A stretch of 64,000 nt of DNA from a virus. Both the position numbers and the translations under genes were made by a program. Of the stretch, positions 18,125-26,347 are shown piece after piece. The first letter of the stretch is position 1, and the number at the start of each line of letters is the position of its first letter. The notes below the pieces were generated by a model. That model was given only the letters and a program-made list of their open reading frames with translations, did no database searches and was not told where the DNA came from. The stretch covers positions 1 through 64,000 of the IMG/VR virus record IMGVR_UViG_3300028837_001424; one strand, 5' to 3'.

Positions 18125-18585
18125 GCTTTATTTATAATCTTACTCAGGGCATTCGAAATATCATTTATTGGTTACCTGTTATATGGCGGGATCGTAATTG
18201 GGATTATTCATATTTTCTTGAGATCCTGAGGCACAAGCTTTATGCCATTCGTCTAGATATACCTAATTGGACCCGCGCGGAGAAGGAGAAAGACGAAGAG
18301 AATATTGAATACGTGATCTCATTAATTGACGCTGTAGTAAACGATGAATATGAGAAACAAGCGTTTGATAAGCACAGGCAGCACTGGGGCAGCCCCAAAG
18401 TGGTATTCGAATCAATTGACGATAAATTCAGCGAGATGACCTTTGTCTACCCAGAAGCATCCAGCCAAGCGGAAGCCGGAGAGCAACTAAGCAGGTTGCT
18501 CCGCGAGGCCATGCGCAAAAGGCAAGAAGCGATAAACATATTGTTCGGGATAATAAGAGACAGCTTCGAGACTTGGTGGATTTGA
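18121..18585 (+). CDS. Phage hypothetical protein
   Basis: WLPVIWRDRNWDY...WW motif common in large phages. Confidence 0.65.
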   Translation: MSFIYNLTQGIRNIIYWLPVIWRDRNWDYSYFLEILRHKLYAIRLDIPNWTRAEKEKDEENIEYVISLIDAVVNDEYEKQAFDKHRQHWGSPKVVFESIDDKFSEMTFVYPEASSQAEAGEQLSRLLREAMRKRQEAINILFGIIRDSFETWWI

Positions 18586-21320
18586 TGTCATGGTATGAGA
18601 TCATAGAGCAAGACATAATCCAGTGGCTTCAAAATTATGAGGGCGAGCGCTTCCACGCTATTCTGTCAGATCCGCCGTATGCGCTAATATCAGTTACAAA
18701 ACGCTTTGGTAAAGAATGTTCCGCGCCTGCGCAAGAGGGCGCGGATGGTCGTTATAGCCGGCTGAGTGGTGGCTTCATGAACCAGGTTTGGGATTCGTTT
18801 GAAAGTTTGGAACATTATAGAGAGTGGGTAAAGACCTGGGCAAAGCTATTGATTGAAAAGGCACTGTATCCAGGGGCGGTTTGCTTATTTTTTGGCGGTT
18901 GTTATGATGAGGAAACAGAACTTCTAACTAAGAGAGGCTGGATTAAATTTGCAGACGTTATAAAAACCGATTATATTATGACTCTGAATCCAAAGACTGA
19001 CAAAATAGAATATCACTTACCTATAGAGATAGTTAAACAACAATATAAAGGACCTATGTATCGATTATTAAATAATAAAGTTGATCTTTATGTCACGCAT
19101 GATCATTGGGTTTATTCGGCACCATTCAACAGTAGGCATAAGAGTAAGCGTTTTTGCCTCCGCACTGCCAAGGAAATAGCGGGTAAACATGTTCACTTTA
19201 AAAAGGACGGTATCTGGCTTGGAAAAGATCAAAAACATTTCATTTTACCTAGTTGCAAAAAGCGACTTGGCGGACCAATATCGAGAGTAATCATTGAGCC
19301 AAGCAAGATGATTCCAATGAAAAAGTGGCTCAAGTTTTTCGGACTATGGATAGCCGAGGGTAGCGCATCAAAAATAAAAGCACCGTCTGGATATAGCTAT
19401 AGAGCATCAATTGCGCACTTTGACATACAGAATTTGAACGAGATAAAAGATGAATTAGTACCTTGGTTCAACATGCGAATATATCCTAAGTATGGGAAGG
19501 CCAACATTTATGGCCGCCAAATTTATGAATACCTAAAGAATTTTGGACATGCGTCAGATAAATATATACCCGATTGGCTAAAAGAATTGACCCCTGAATT
19601 AATACGTTTATTTCTTGAATGGTATCGTAGGGGCGATGGAGATAAAAATAGGTTTAGACTATATACAAGTTCAACAAAGCTAGCAGACGGGCTTCAAGAA
19701 TTGGCACTAAAAGCCGGATGGTCGGCAGATGTATATGTTAGAAACAAAAGGAAACCAAGCTATATAAACGGCAGACAAATAATTGCTCGCCACCCACAAT
19801 TTGTTATCGCCATCAATGTAGTACAAAATCAACCGCACAAGAACCCACATAAAACAAAAATAGAAGAGTGGGTTGATTATGACGGTGATGTTTATTGTGT
19901 TGAAGTACCAAATCATATAATCTACGTAAGGCGAGGAGGAAAAGCTGTTTGGTGTGGAAATACTAGAACTTGGCATCATTTGGCACTTGGTTTGGAGCAG
20001 GGCGGTTTTGAAATTTTCGAAACATTAATGTGGTTGACGGGACAAGGATTCCCGAAAAGTTTTGATATAAGTAAGGGGATAGATCGAGCGGCTGGTAAAG
20101 AGCGTTCTGTGGTTAGAACAACCAAAAGTGGGGGATATAAGCGCATTATGATAACCAACGAGGAGGCTGGTTTTCGTCCAAAAGACTATTACCCAGAAGG
20201 CAATAAATTTACTTCAAATGATCCCATTACGCCAGAAGCCATACCGTGGCGCGGGTATGGCTCAGCCCTTAAACCGGCCTGGAATCCGATTCTCCTATGT
20301 CGTACCCCTAGGAAGGGTGCTACGTTCGCCTCGCTTGCTCTGGAGCATGGGAGCGGGTCGTTGAACATCGATGGAGGACGACTCGGCTATAAAAGCGATG
20401 TAGATAAAGCATCGGCGACACCACAAGGCAAGCCAACTGCCAAATCTGGCGCGTTAGCCGGTGGCATTCAGCACGGAGATGAACGAACGGAATTTGAGCG
20501 GCCAAATCTAAAGGGCCGCTGGCCGGCAAACCTTTTATTGTCCCACCATGAAGACTGTGTGAAAATTGGAACATTCGAAGTGCCGGCACGAGTTATAAAC
20601 CGATGGCTAGATGGAATGAAGCCATTTGGTGATGGCGCAGGTGGCGAATATGAAAGCGTCCATCCTACAAGGAAAGGTGAAGCATCGGCAGACAGAACTT
20701 ATGAAGATGAAGGCGGTACAGACTTTGCCATGAAGCCAGGCGCACGACGAGACAAAGAAATGGAAACCGTCGAGCGTTGGGCCTGTGTACCAGAATGTCC
20801 GATCAGGCAGTTGGATGACCAGGCGGGCGCAAATATGCACAGCGCGGGTGTTGCCAGAAAATCTATTCGTAAGGCCGATGCCACGGGGATGTTCAATCTC
20901 CCAGGCGACGGCCATAGATATGGCGACACCGGCGGTCCCGCGCGTTTCTTTTATTGCGGCAAAGCCAGCCGAGCCGAGAAGGACAAAGGGCTTGAGGAGT
21001 TCTATTGGAGGCGTACAGGCAAGGGCTTTGAAAGGGTCGACCAAGAAGTATGGGCAAAGCTAGAGCTACGCGAGCGGGCGCGGGGCTGCATTCATCCAAC
21101 AGTAAAACCATTGGGCGTCTGCCGATATCTAGCAACCCTTATTCTACCGCCAAAGCAGGAAGATAGAACAAGGCGAATCCTTATTCCATTCTCTGGATCT
21201 GGCTCAGAAATTATCGCTGCCAGACAAGCGGGTTGGGATCTTGTGGTAGGCATTGAAATGAAATCGTTGTATAATGAGTTATCCCGTGCACGTATAAGTG
21301 CCAACATAGGGATGTTCTAA
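18585..21320 (+). CDS. DNA amino-methyltransferase, intein-containing
   Basis: SDPPY; GFPKS; ALKPAW; GRWPAN; ARFFY; HPTVKP; PFSGSGS; TGATG-coupled start at 18585. Confidence 0.9.
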   Translation: MSWYEIIEQDIIQWLQNYEGERFHAILSDPPYALISVTKRFGKECSAPAQEGADGRYSRLSGGFMNQVWDSFESLEHYREWVKTWAKLLIEKALYPGAVCLFFGGCYDEETELLTKRGWIKFADVIKTDYIMTLNPKTDKIEYHLPIEIVKQQYKGPMYRLLNNKVDLYVTHDHWVYSAPFNSRHKSKRFCLRTAKEIAGKHVHFKKDGIWLGKDQKHFILPSCKKRLGGPISRVIIEPSKMIPMKKWLKFFGLWIAEGSASKIKAPSGYSYRASIAHFDIQNLNEIKDELVPWFNMRIYPKYGKANIYGRQIYEYLKNFGHASDKYIPDWLKELTPELIRLFLEWYRRGDGDKNRFRLYTSSTKLADGLQELALKAGWSADVYVRNKRKPSYINGRQIIARHPQFVIAINVVQNQPHKNPHKTKIEEWVDYDGDVYCVEVPNHIIYVRRGGKAVWCGNTRTWHHLALGLEQGGFEIFETLMWLTGQGFPKSFDISKGIDRAAGKERSVVRTTKSGGYKRIMITNEEAGFRPKDYYPEGNKFTSNDPITPEAIPWRGYGSALKPAWNPILLCRTPRKGATFASLALEHGSGSLNIDGGRLGYKSDVDKASATPQGKPTAKSGALAGGIQHGDERTEFERPNLKGRWPANLLLSHHEDCVKIGTFEVPARVINRWLDGMKPFGDGAGGEYESVHPTRKGEASADRTYEDEGGTDFAMKPGARRDKEMETVERWACVPECPIRQLDDQAGANMHSAGVARKSIRKADATGMFNLPGDGHRYGDTGGPARFFYCGKASRAEKDKGLEEFYWRRTGKGFERVDQEVWAKLELRERARGCIHPTVKPLGVCRYLATLILPPKQEDRTRRILIPFSGSGSEIIAARQAGWDLVVGIEMKSLYNELSRARISANIGMF
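18900..19961 (+). mobile_element. Intein (354 aa) with LAGLIDADG endonuclease, in the MTase
   Basis: Starts CYDEETELLTKRGW; VTHDH; FFGLWIAEG; ends VYCVEVPNH...VWCGN before Thr. Confidence 0.9.
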
Positions 21321-21540
21321 TGACGGCAAGAATCGAAATTGACATGGACAAGAAATGTAAGCGGTGCAAGAAGAATCCTCCGACGCAAAACGGCTATTGT
21401 CTAGCTTGCATAACCAAGATGCTGAATGAAGGAAAGTTCGATCATATTTTAGATAGACATCTAGACAAAGCTCGGAATGAGCGATGAAAACCAAAATCTT
21501 GGTAGTCTAAGCGAGGTTGTTCTGATCTAGGAGTTGAATA

Positions 21541-21768
21541 GTGACAGAGAAACTCAGCAAAAGAATGATACGCTACGAGAGTAGAAGCAATCACTCAATA
21601 CGAGACAGTCAGAGGTTTATTATCGTAGATACGGCTGAGTTTGCCGATTGGTTAAATATGGCGAAAAGACTCGAAATTTCGGAAGCCGATGCAGTAAGAC
21701 GCATGAATAAAGCCGAATATGCCAAGGCAAATATGATGCTGGCGCAAGCCCTTGGAGGTGAACGGTGA
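21541..21768 (+). CDS. Hypothetical protein
   Basis: AGGAG RBS. Confidence 0.5.
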   Translation: MTEKLSKRMIRYESRSNHSIRDSQRFIIVDTAEFADWLNMAKRLEISEADAVRRMNKAEYAKANMMLAQALGGER

Positions 21769-22115
21769 CACTGAGCGATGAAAAGAAGAAGGAGTTGAGA
21801 CAACTTATTCTCGATAAAAGAAAAGAAGGTAAGGTTGTAGTAATGGGTATTGATTGCCCAATCTCTATGCCGCTAGATGACATTATAGATCAGCCCACAG
21901 ACGGTTTATTGTACGACTTGAATAGACTCGAAGAAACGTCATTGACATTCCTGGACAATTTGAAATGGGTGAATGACTTTGCCGTTGCTCTCGTGATTAG
22001 AAAACTCAAGTCCAAACTCGACCAACTTAACGAAGAGAATAGGGCATTAGGACAGTTGATTGAAAATTTGAATAGCAAACTCCCAGAAGAAGAAAGAATG
22101 ATTCATGAAAACTAA
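21765..22115 (+). CDS. Hypothetical protein
   Basis: GGAGGTGA RBS; coiled-coil C-terminus. Confidence 0.55.
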   Translation: MTLSDEKKKELRQLILDKRKEGKVVVMGIDCPISMPLDDIIDQPTDGLLYDLNRLEETSLTFLDNLKWVNDFAVALVIRKLKSKLDQLNEENRALGQLIENLNSKLPEEERMIHEN

Positions 22116-22321
22116 AAACTTATTAGTTCTAGTGAGGTTGTTCTAATGACATTGACAGATTTTGTAAAACACACGAAAGAGGATCTAAACAATTTCCAGG
22201 CGAATCTTTCAGAACTACCCGAAAGAAGCGAGTTTAGCAGGGCAAAATGGATGCAGTGGTTCCTTGATTGGCTCGAATGGAAGACCGAAATGCATGAAGA
22301 ATATTGGGGTGAAGAGAAATA

Positions 22322-22504
22322 ATGTCTGTATATCATACTCGATTTTGGAGAGGGGCAGAAATAGTAAGGACACCAAGAAATACTGTTTGTCCGCATTGTG
22401 GTAGTCCTATCGTGTTGCCAGATAAAAAGAAAACTATACTTACTTGTATAGATTGTGGTTATTTTTGGGATTACGATAACAAGAAGATAAAGAGGAAACC
22501 CTAA
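22322..22504 (+). CDS. Small Zn-ribbon protein
   Basis: CPHCG...CIDCG. Confidence 0.55.
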   Translation: MSVYHTRFWRGAEIVRTPRNTVCPHCGSPIVLPDKKKTILTCIDCGYFWDYDNKKIKRKP

Positions 22505-22836
22505 TGACAGAAGCCCCTGAGCATGATCCCAAGAAAGAGAAGAACGAACTACGCCCAATAGATGACATCTTATTTGTTCACGACGTAGTTGATCAATTTA
22601 TAAGTGGTAGATTGCCAGTAAGGCCAGACACTAAAGAAGCGTCCCTATGGACTGGTATTCAATTGGCTTTATGTTGGGTATTAAATCATAGGTTTGGTGA
22701 CACCTTATCGATCAATGTAGAAAATATAATGAAGATGTGTATCGAAGCTGGCTACTTGTTTTATGCCCATCCTGCTAGTGGGGGAAACGGAAAAGGGCCG
22801 AAGCCAATAATTCCAGGAAGCATCGTCAAAAAGTAG
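22504..22836 (+). CDS. Hypothetical protein
   Basis: TAATG coupling. Confidence 0.55.
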   Translation: MTEAPEHDPKKEKNELRPIDDILFVHDVVDQFISGRLPVRPDTKEASLWTGIQLALCWVLNHRFGDTLSINVENIMKMCIEAGYLFYAHPASGGNGKGPKPIIPGSIVKK

Positions 22837-22938
22837 TGTATAATATACAGTGCGGCGAGGGAACTGGGTGAACCAGCCCTCGCATTTCATAATCATATTT
22901 TAGCTTACCGCGGGGACATAGGATGTGAGAGCTAAGAT

Positions 22939-23682
22939 ATGGCGAATGAAAAAACATATACTGACGAAAGCCAATTACCGGATTTACCTCCAAACAAGTG
23001 CGGGAAAAGGAATAAGAGTTGTAGGCTTTGCCACTATCGATTTAAGCCTGGCGACAAGTCTTTAATATGCCCTGAGTGCGGAGCCGATCGACGTTGTAGA
23101 GCCGATAAAGTCAAAGGGTTTAAAACATGCAGGATGCACGGCGGTACTGGTGGGAGACCTCCAAAGCGTGTTTACACAGTCGTAAAAAAACTTGAGAAAG
23201 CCTATAACATAGCACTAGAACAAGCGGGCCATATAAGAACATTGGCCGAAGAACTTGCAGCTTTACGGGGAAGGAACGACCAGCTTTTTCGTAGACTTAA
23301 CAGGATTGAAGAAAGAGCGGCTGTCGCGATGGTGCGAAAAGGGCTTGAGAAGGCTCAGGGCGGTGCCTTATTTGGCGATATGAGTAGAGTATCAAAAGGC
23401 ATATCTTTGGCCATAGAGGGTATTACGCAATTGGAAATTGAAAATGAAACTTGGTTTGAATTACGGCTGAACACTGAGTTGATAAGAAAGATGGAAGACA
23501 CAATGCAGAAATGGGACATCGACAATCAGCAGATGATCAGTGCCCAAAACGTATTCGAAATTATAGTTCGCTTTTACGGATTGCTACTCAAGTATGTAAG
23601 AGACCCAACGGATCGACGTAATATATCATTTGAAATAAGGCAACTGTGTCCACCAGACCATGACCTCTATATTGGCTCCTGA
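22939..23682 (+). CDS. Putative terminase small subunit (HGGxSTG domain)
   Basis: CRMHGG motif; overlaps the TerL start. Confidence 0.65.
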   Translation: MANEKTYTDESQLPDLPPNKCGKRNKSCRLCHYRFKPGDKSLICPECGADRRCRADKVKGFKTCRMHGGTGGRPPKRVYTVVKKLEKAYNIALEQAGHIRTLAEELAALRGRNDQLFRRLNRIEERAAVAMVRKGLEKAQGGALFGDMSRVSKGISLAIEGITQLEIENETWFELRLNTELIRKMEDTMQKWDIDNQQMISAQNVFEIIVRFYGLLLKYVRDPTDRRNISFEIRQLCPPDHDLYIGS

Positions 23683-26281
23683 TGAATTTACGATAAAGAA
23701 TGGCGATCCTAGCTACGTCTGGGCTGCGTTAGCCGAAAAGCTGGTTCCTCAAGACATTGATGAGGAAGAAGAGCGCCGCCGAGAATATGCGCGCACGCAT
23801 ATGATAGGCTACACCCAATACACATTTCCAGGCTATATAACAGACCCATTTCATGAAGACGTATGTAACGCAATCGATCGAGTGGTTTTTGACGATCATC
23901 CGGACGGCCACATCAGCCATCTTATGCTATTTGCTCCACCTCAACATGGCAAACAGTGTGCCCATGAAACACCAATTCTAACTACTAAGGGTTGGAAAAT
24001 ACACGGCGATTTACAAATCGGCGATCACGTTTTTGGGCGATATGGTCAACCAGTTAAAGTTGTTGCTTTATCCAAAGATTCAATGGCCGATTTTGGAGTT
24101 GAATTTACTGACGGTGCTATTATCAAATGCCACAGTCGACACGAATGGATTGTATTTGAAAGGGGTGGCCACAGGTCAGTATATCGTTGTTTGGAGACAG
24201 GCGAAATTGAGGCGAATGGTGTATGGATGGGGGAGAGAAACACGCGTGGTGGTAGAGCAAGATACCAAATTGATGAAAATATTGCTATCGAATTTGAACA
24301 ACAAGATCTTCCGATACACCCGTATATTTTAGGCGTTTGGTTGGGCGACGGAACCAAAAATAAAAATTGCATTACGCACAGCCCTAAAGATTATAAGATA
24401 ATAGATAAGATTGAGAGATTAGGCATCGAACGAACTGCTTTCTCAATTCACCCTGAAACGGGCGTCTTTACAAGTTACTTTCGCCGACTTTATAAGTTAT
24501 TGAAAGAAAACGAATTGTTTGACAATAAAAACATACCTGAGATTTACAAATGTTCATCATTAGATCAACGAATAGAGCTTTTAGCGGGGCTAATAGATAC
24601 GGACGGATATATCTACCACAAAAATGGTAGGACCACTATCTCGACGGCTGATGAGCGATTGCGCGACGACATAGCTGATCTAATAAGAAGTTTGGGATGG
24701 CGAGCGACTATTGTTAGATATGAACCAACCACATCATCCTCCGGCATTGTTGGACGTAAGCCAGTTTATCAAATTAGCTTCAACCCAACACTGGATATAC
24801 CGTGTGCATTAGAACGCAAGCGCCCAAAAAAGCTAAATCCTAAAACTAAAAAACGAGGTATCAAAGCCATACGCCGATGTGATCCTGTGCCTGGTCGATG
24901 CATACAAGTTGAAGGCGGCATTTATTTAGTCGGCAAGACACTTATACCAACACATAATAGTGAAATAGTATCCACTCGCCTTCCTGGCTTTTGGTTGGCT
25001 CACCACCCAGAGCTTCCCGTAGCGCTAACATCATATAATCAGCGACTTGCCTATAGGAACAGCCGCCTTTCGAGAGCAGTTGTCGAAAGCCCAGCATATG
25101 ATCGGCTCTTCGGTGGTCCCGAATATGGTATTTTGCGCGATTTAGTAAATTGGAGGAAAAAGGATTGGCATATACTTGGTCATAAGGGATTCGTTTTTTC
25201 AACAGGTATTGAGGGAGATCTTACAGGAGAAGGATTTGGCCTTGGAATTATAGATGACCCCATTAAAGACTGGGCTGCTGCACAGTCAGAGGTGGTTAGA
25301 GAGAATGCTTGGGATTGGTGGAGAGGCACATATACAACCCGAATGTGGGAGCATCACAGAACAGTATTTATGATGACCAGATGGCACGAAGATGATCTAG
25401 CCGCGCGCATAATTGATTCGGAGGGGACTGTCGAGGAAGGGGGGAAGTGGGACATCTTGGCCTATTCGGCGTTAGCGGAAAGCCAGGATGAGCGCAACAA
25501 ATATGCCGAAGAGGCGGGCAGACCGAAGGGTTTGCCCGATCCTCTTGGCAGATTCCCGCTAGAGCCATTGGCTCCTAGTAGATATAGTGCCGAATACTTG
25601 CTTGACGTACGCGATAATGTTGGGTCGTTAGTTTGGGGAGCAGAATATCAACAGCATCCTACGCCGCCAAAGGGCGATTACTTCAAGGTTGGACGAATCA
25701 AGATAAAAGCGATGTATCCTATAGAATCTTTTGGGGGCGAATTGATAGATCGAGTTCCTGTTGGATTAAAAAAGTGTGTACGCTTCTGGGATTTGGCAGC
25801 AAGCGAAAAGAAAAAGGGTAAAGATCCTGACTATACATCAGGCACATTATTGGGGATAGATAGAGAGGGCTTTACATGGGTTTTGAATCAGATTAGCTTA
25901 CAGGCATCATCAGATCAAGTAGAGCAGGTAATACTCCAAACCGCGAATCTGGATGGCAAGAAGGTAAAAATCAGAATAGAGCAGGAGCCTGGCGCGGCTG
26001 GAAAGGCTCTTTGTGCTGCCTATGTTCGAAAGTTGGCTGGCTATGACGTTGAAGGAATTCCGTCAAGCGGTGATAAACAAACCAGAGCCTATAACTTTTC
26101 GGCACAGGTAAACGCGGGCAATGTAAGATTGCTTGATGCGTCTTGGAATAAAATATGGCTGGCCAGGCACCGTACATTCCCATTCGGCAAACACGATGAT
26201 GAGATTGATAGCACATCAGGTGCATTCAATGATCTTACGGGAGGAAAACGTTGGATAAGACAAACATTCAAACACTTGTAA
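23660..26281 (+). CDS. terL: Terminase large subunit, intein-containing
   Basis: Walker A PPQHGK|S; Walker B GIIDDPIKD; MTRWHEDDL; nuclease RFWDLA, DPDYT, EQEPG, HDDEID. Confidence 0.95.
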   Translation: MTSILAPDEFTIKNGDPSYVWAALAEKLVPQDIDEEEERRREYARTHMIGYTQYTFPGYITDPFHEDVCNAIDRVVFDDHPDGHISHLMLFAPPQHGKQCAHETPILTTKGWKIHGDLQIGDHVFGRYGQPVKVVALSKDSMADFGVEFTDGAIIKCHSRHEWIVFERGGHRSVYRCLETGEIEANGVWMGERNTRGGRARYQIDENIAIEFEQQDLPIHPYILGVWLGDGTKNKNCITHSPKDYKIIDKIERLGIERTAFSIHPETGVFTSYFRRLYKLLKENELFDNKNIPEIYKCSSLDQRIELLAGLIDTDGYIYHKNGRTTISTADERLRDDIADLIRSLGWRATIVRYEPTTSSSGIVGRKPVYQISFNPTLDIPCALERKRPKKLNPKTKKRGIKAIRRCDPVPGRCIQVEGGIYLVGKTLIPTHNSEIVSTRLPGFWLAHHPELPVALTSYNQRLAYRNSRLSRAVVESPAYDRLFGGPEYGILRDLVNWRKKDWHILGHKGFVFSTGIEGDLTGEGFGLGIIDDPIKDWAAAQSEVVRENAWDWWRGTYTTRMWEHHRTVFMMTRWHEDDLAARIIDSEGTVEEGGKWDILAYSALAESQDERNKYAEEAGRPKGLPDPLGRFPLEPLAPSRYSAEYLLDVRDNVGSLVWGAEYQQHPTPPKGDYFKVGRIKIKAMYPIESFGGELIDRVPVGLKKCVRFWDLAASEKKKGKDPDYTSGTLLGIDREGFTWVLNQISLQASSDQVEQVILQTANLDGKKVKIRIEQEPGAAGKALCAAYVRKLAGYDVEGIPSSGDKQTRAYNFSAQVNAGNVRLLDASWNKIWLARHRTFPFGKHDDEIDSTSGAFNDLTGGKRWIRQTFKHL
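23954..24958 (+). mobile_element. Class-3 intein (Gln1, WCT signature, 335 aa) with LAGLIDADG endonuclease, in TerL Walker A
   Basis: QCAHETPILTTKGW start; block B HEW; block F GRCIQV; block G PTHN|S; LGVWLGDG and LAGLIDTDG. Confidence 0.88.
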
Positions 26282-26326
26282 ACGGTGCAAATGCTCTACC
26301 AGTTAAGGCTAAAAACAACTTATCCT
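26282..26326 (+). promoter_or_regulatory. Putative late promoter (20-bp conserved box plus -10)
   Basis: ACGGTGCAAATGCTCTACCA-N18-TTATCCT; identical box at 35953. Confidence 0.6.
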
Positions 26327-26347
26327 TAGAGAGCCAGGAGGTACTGA

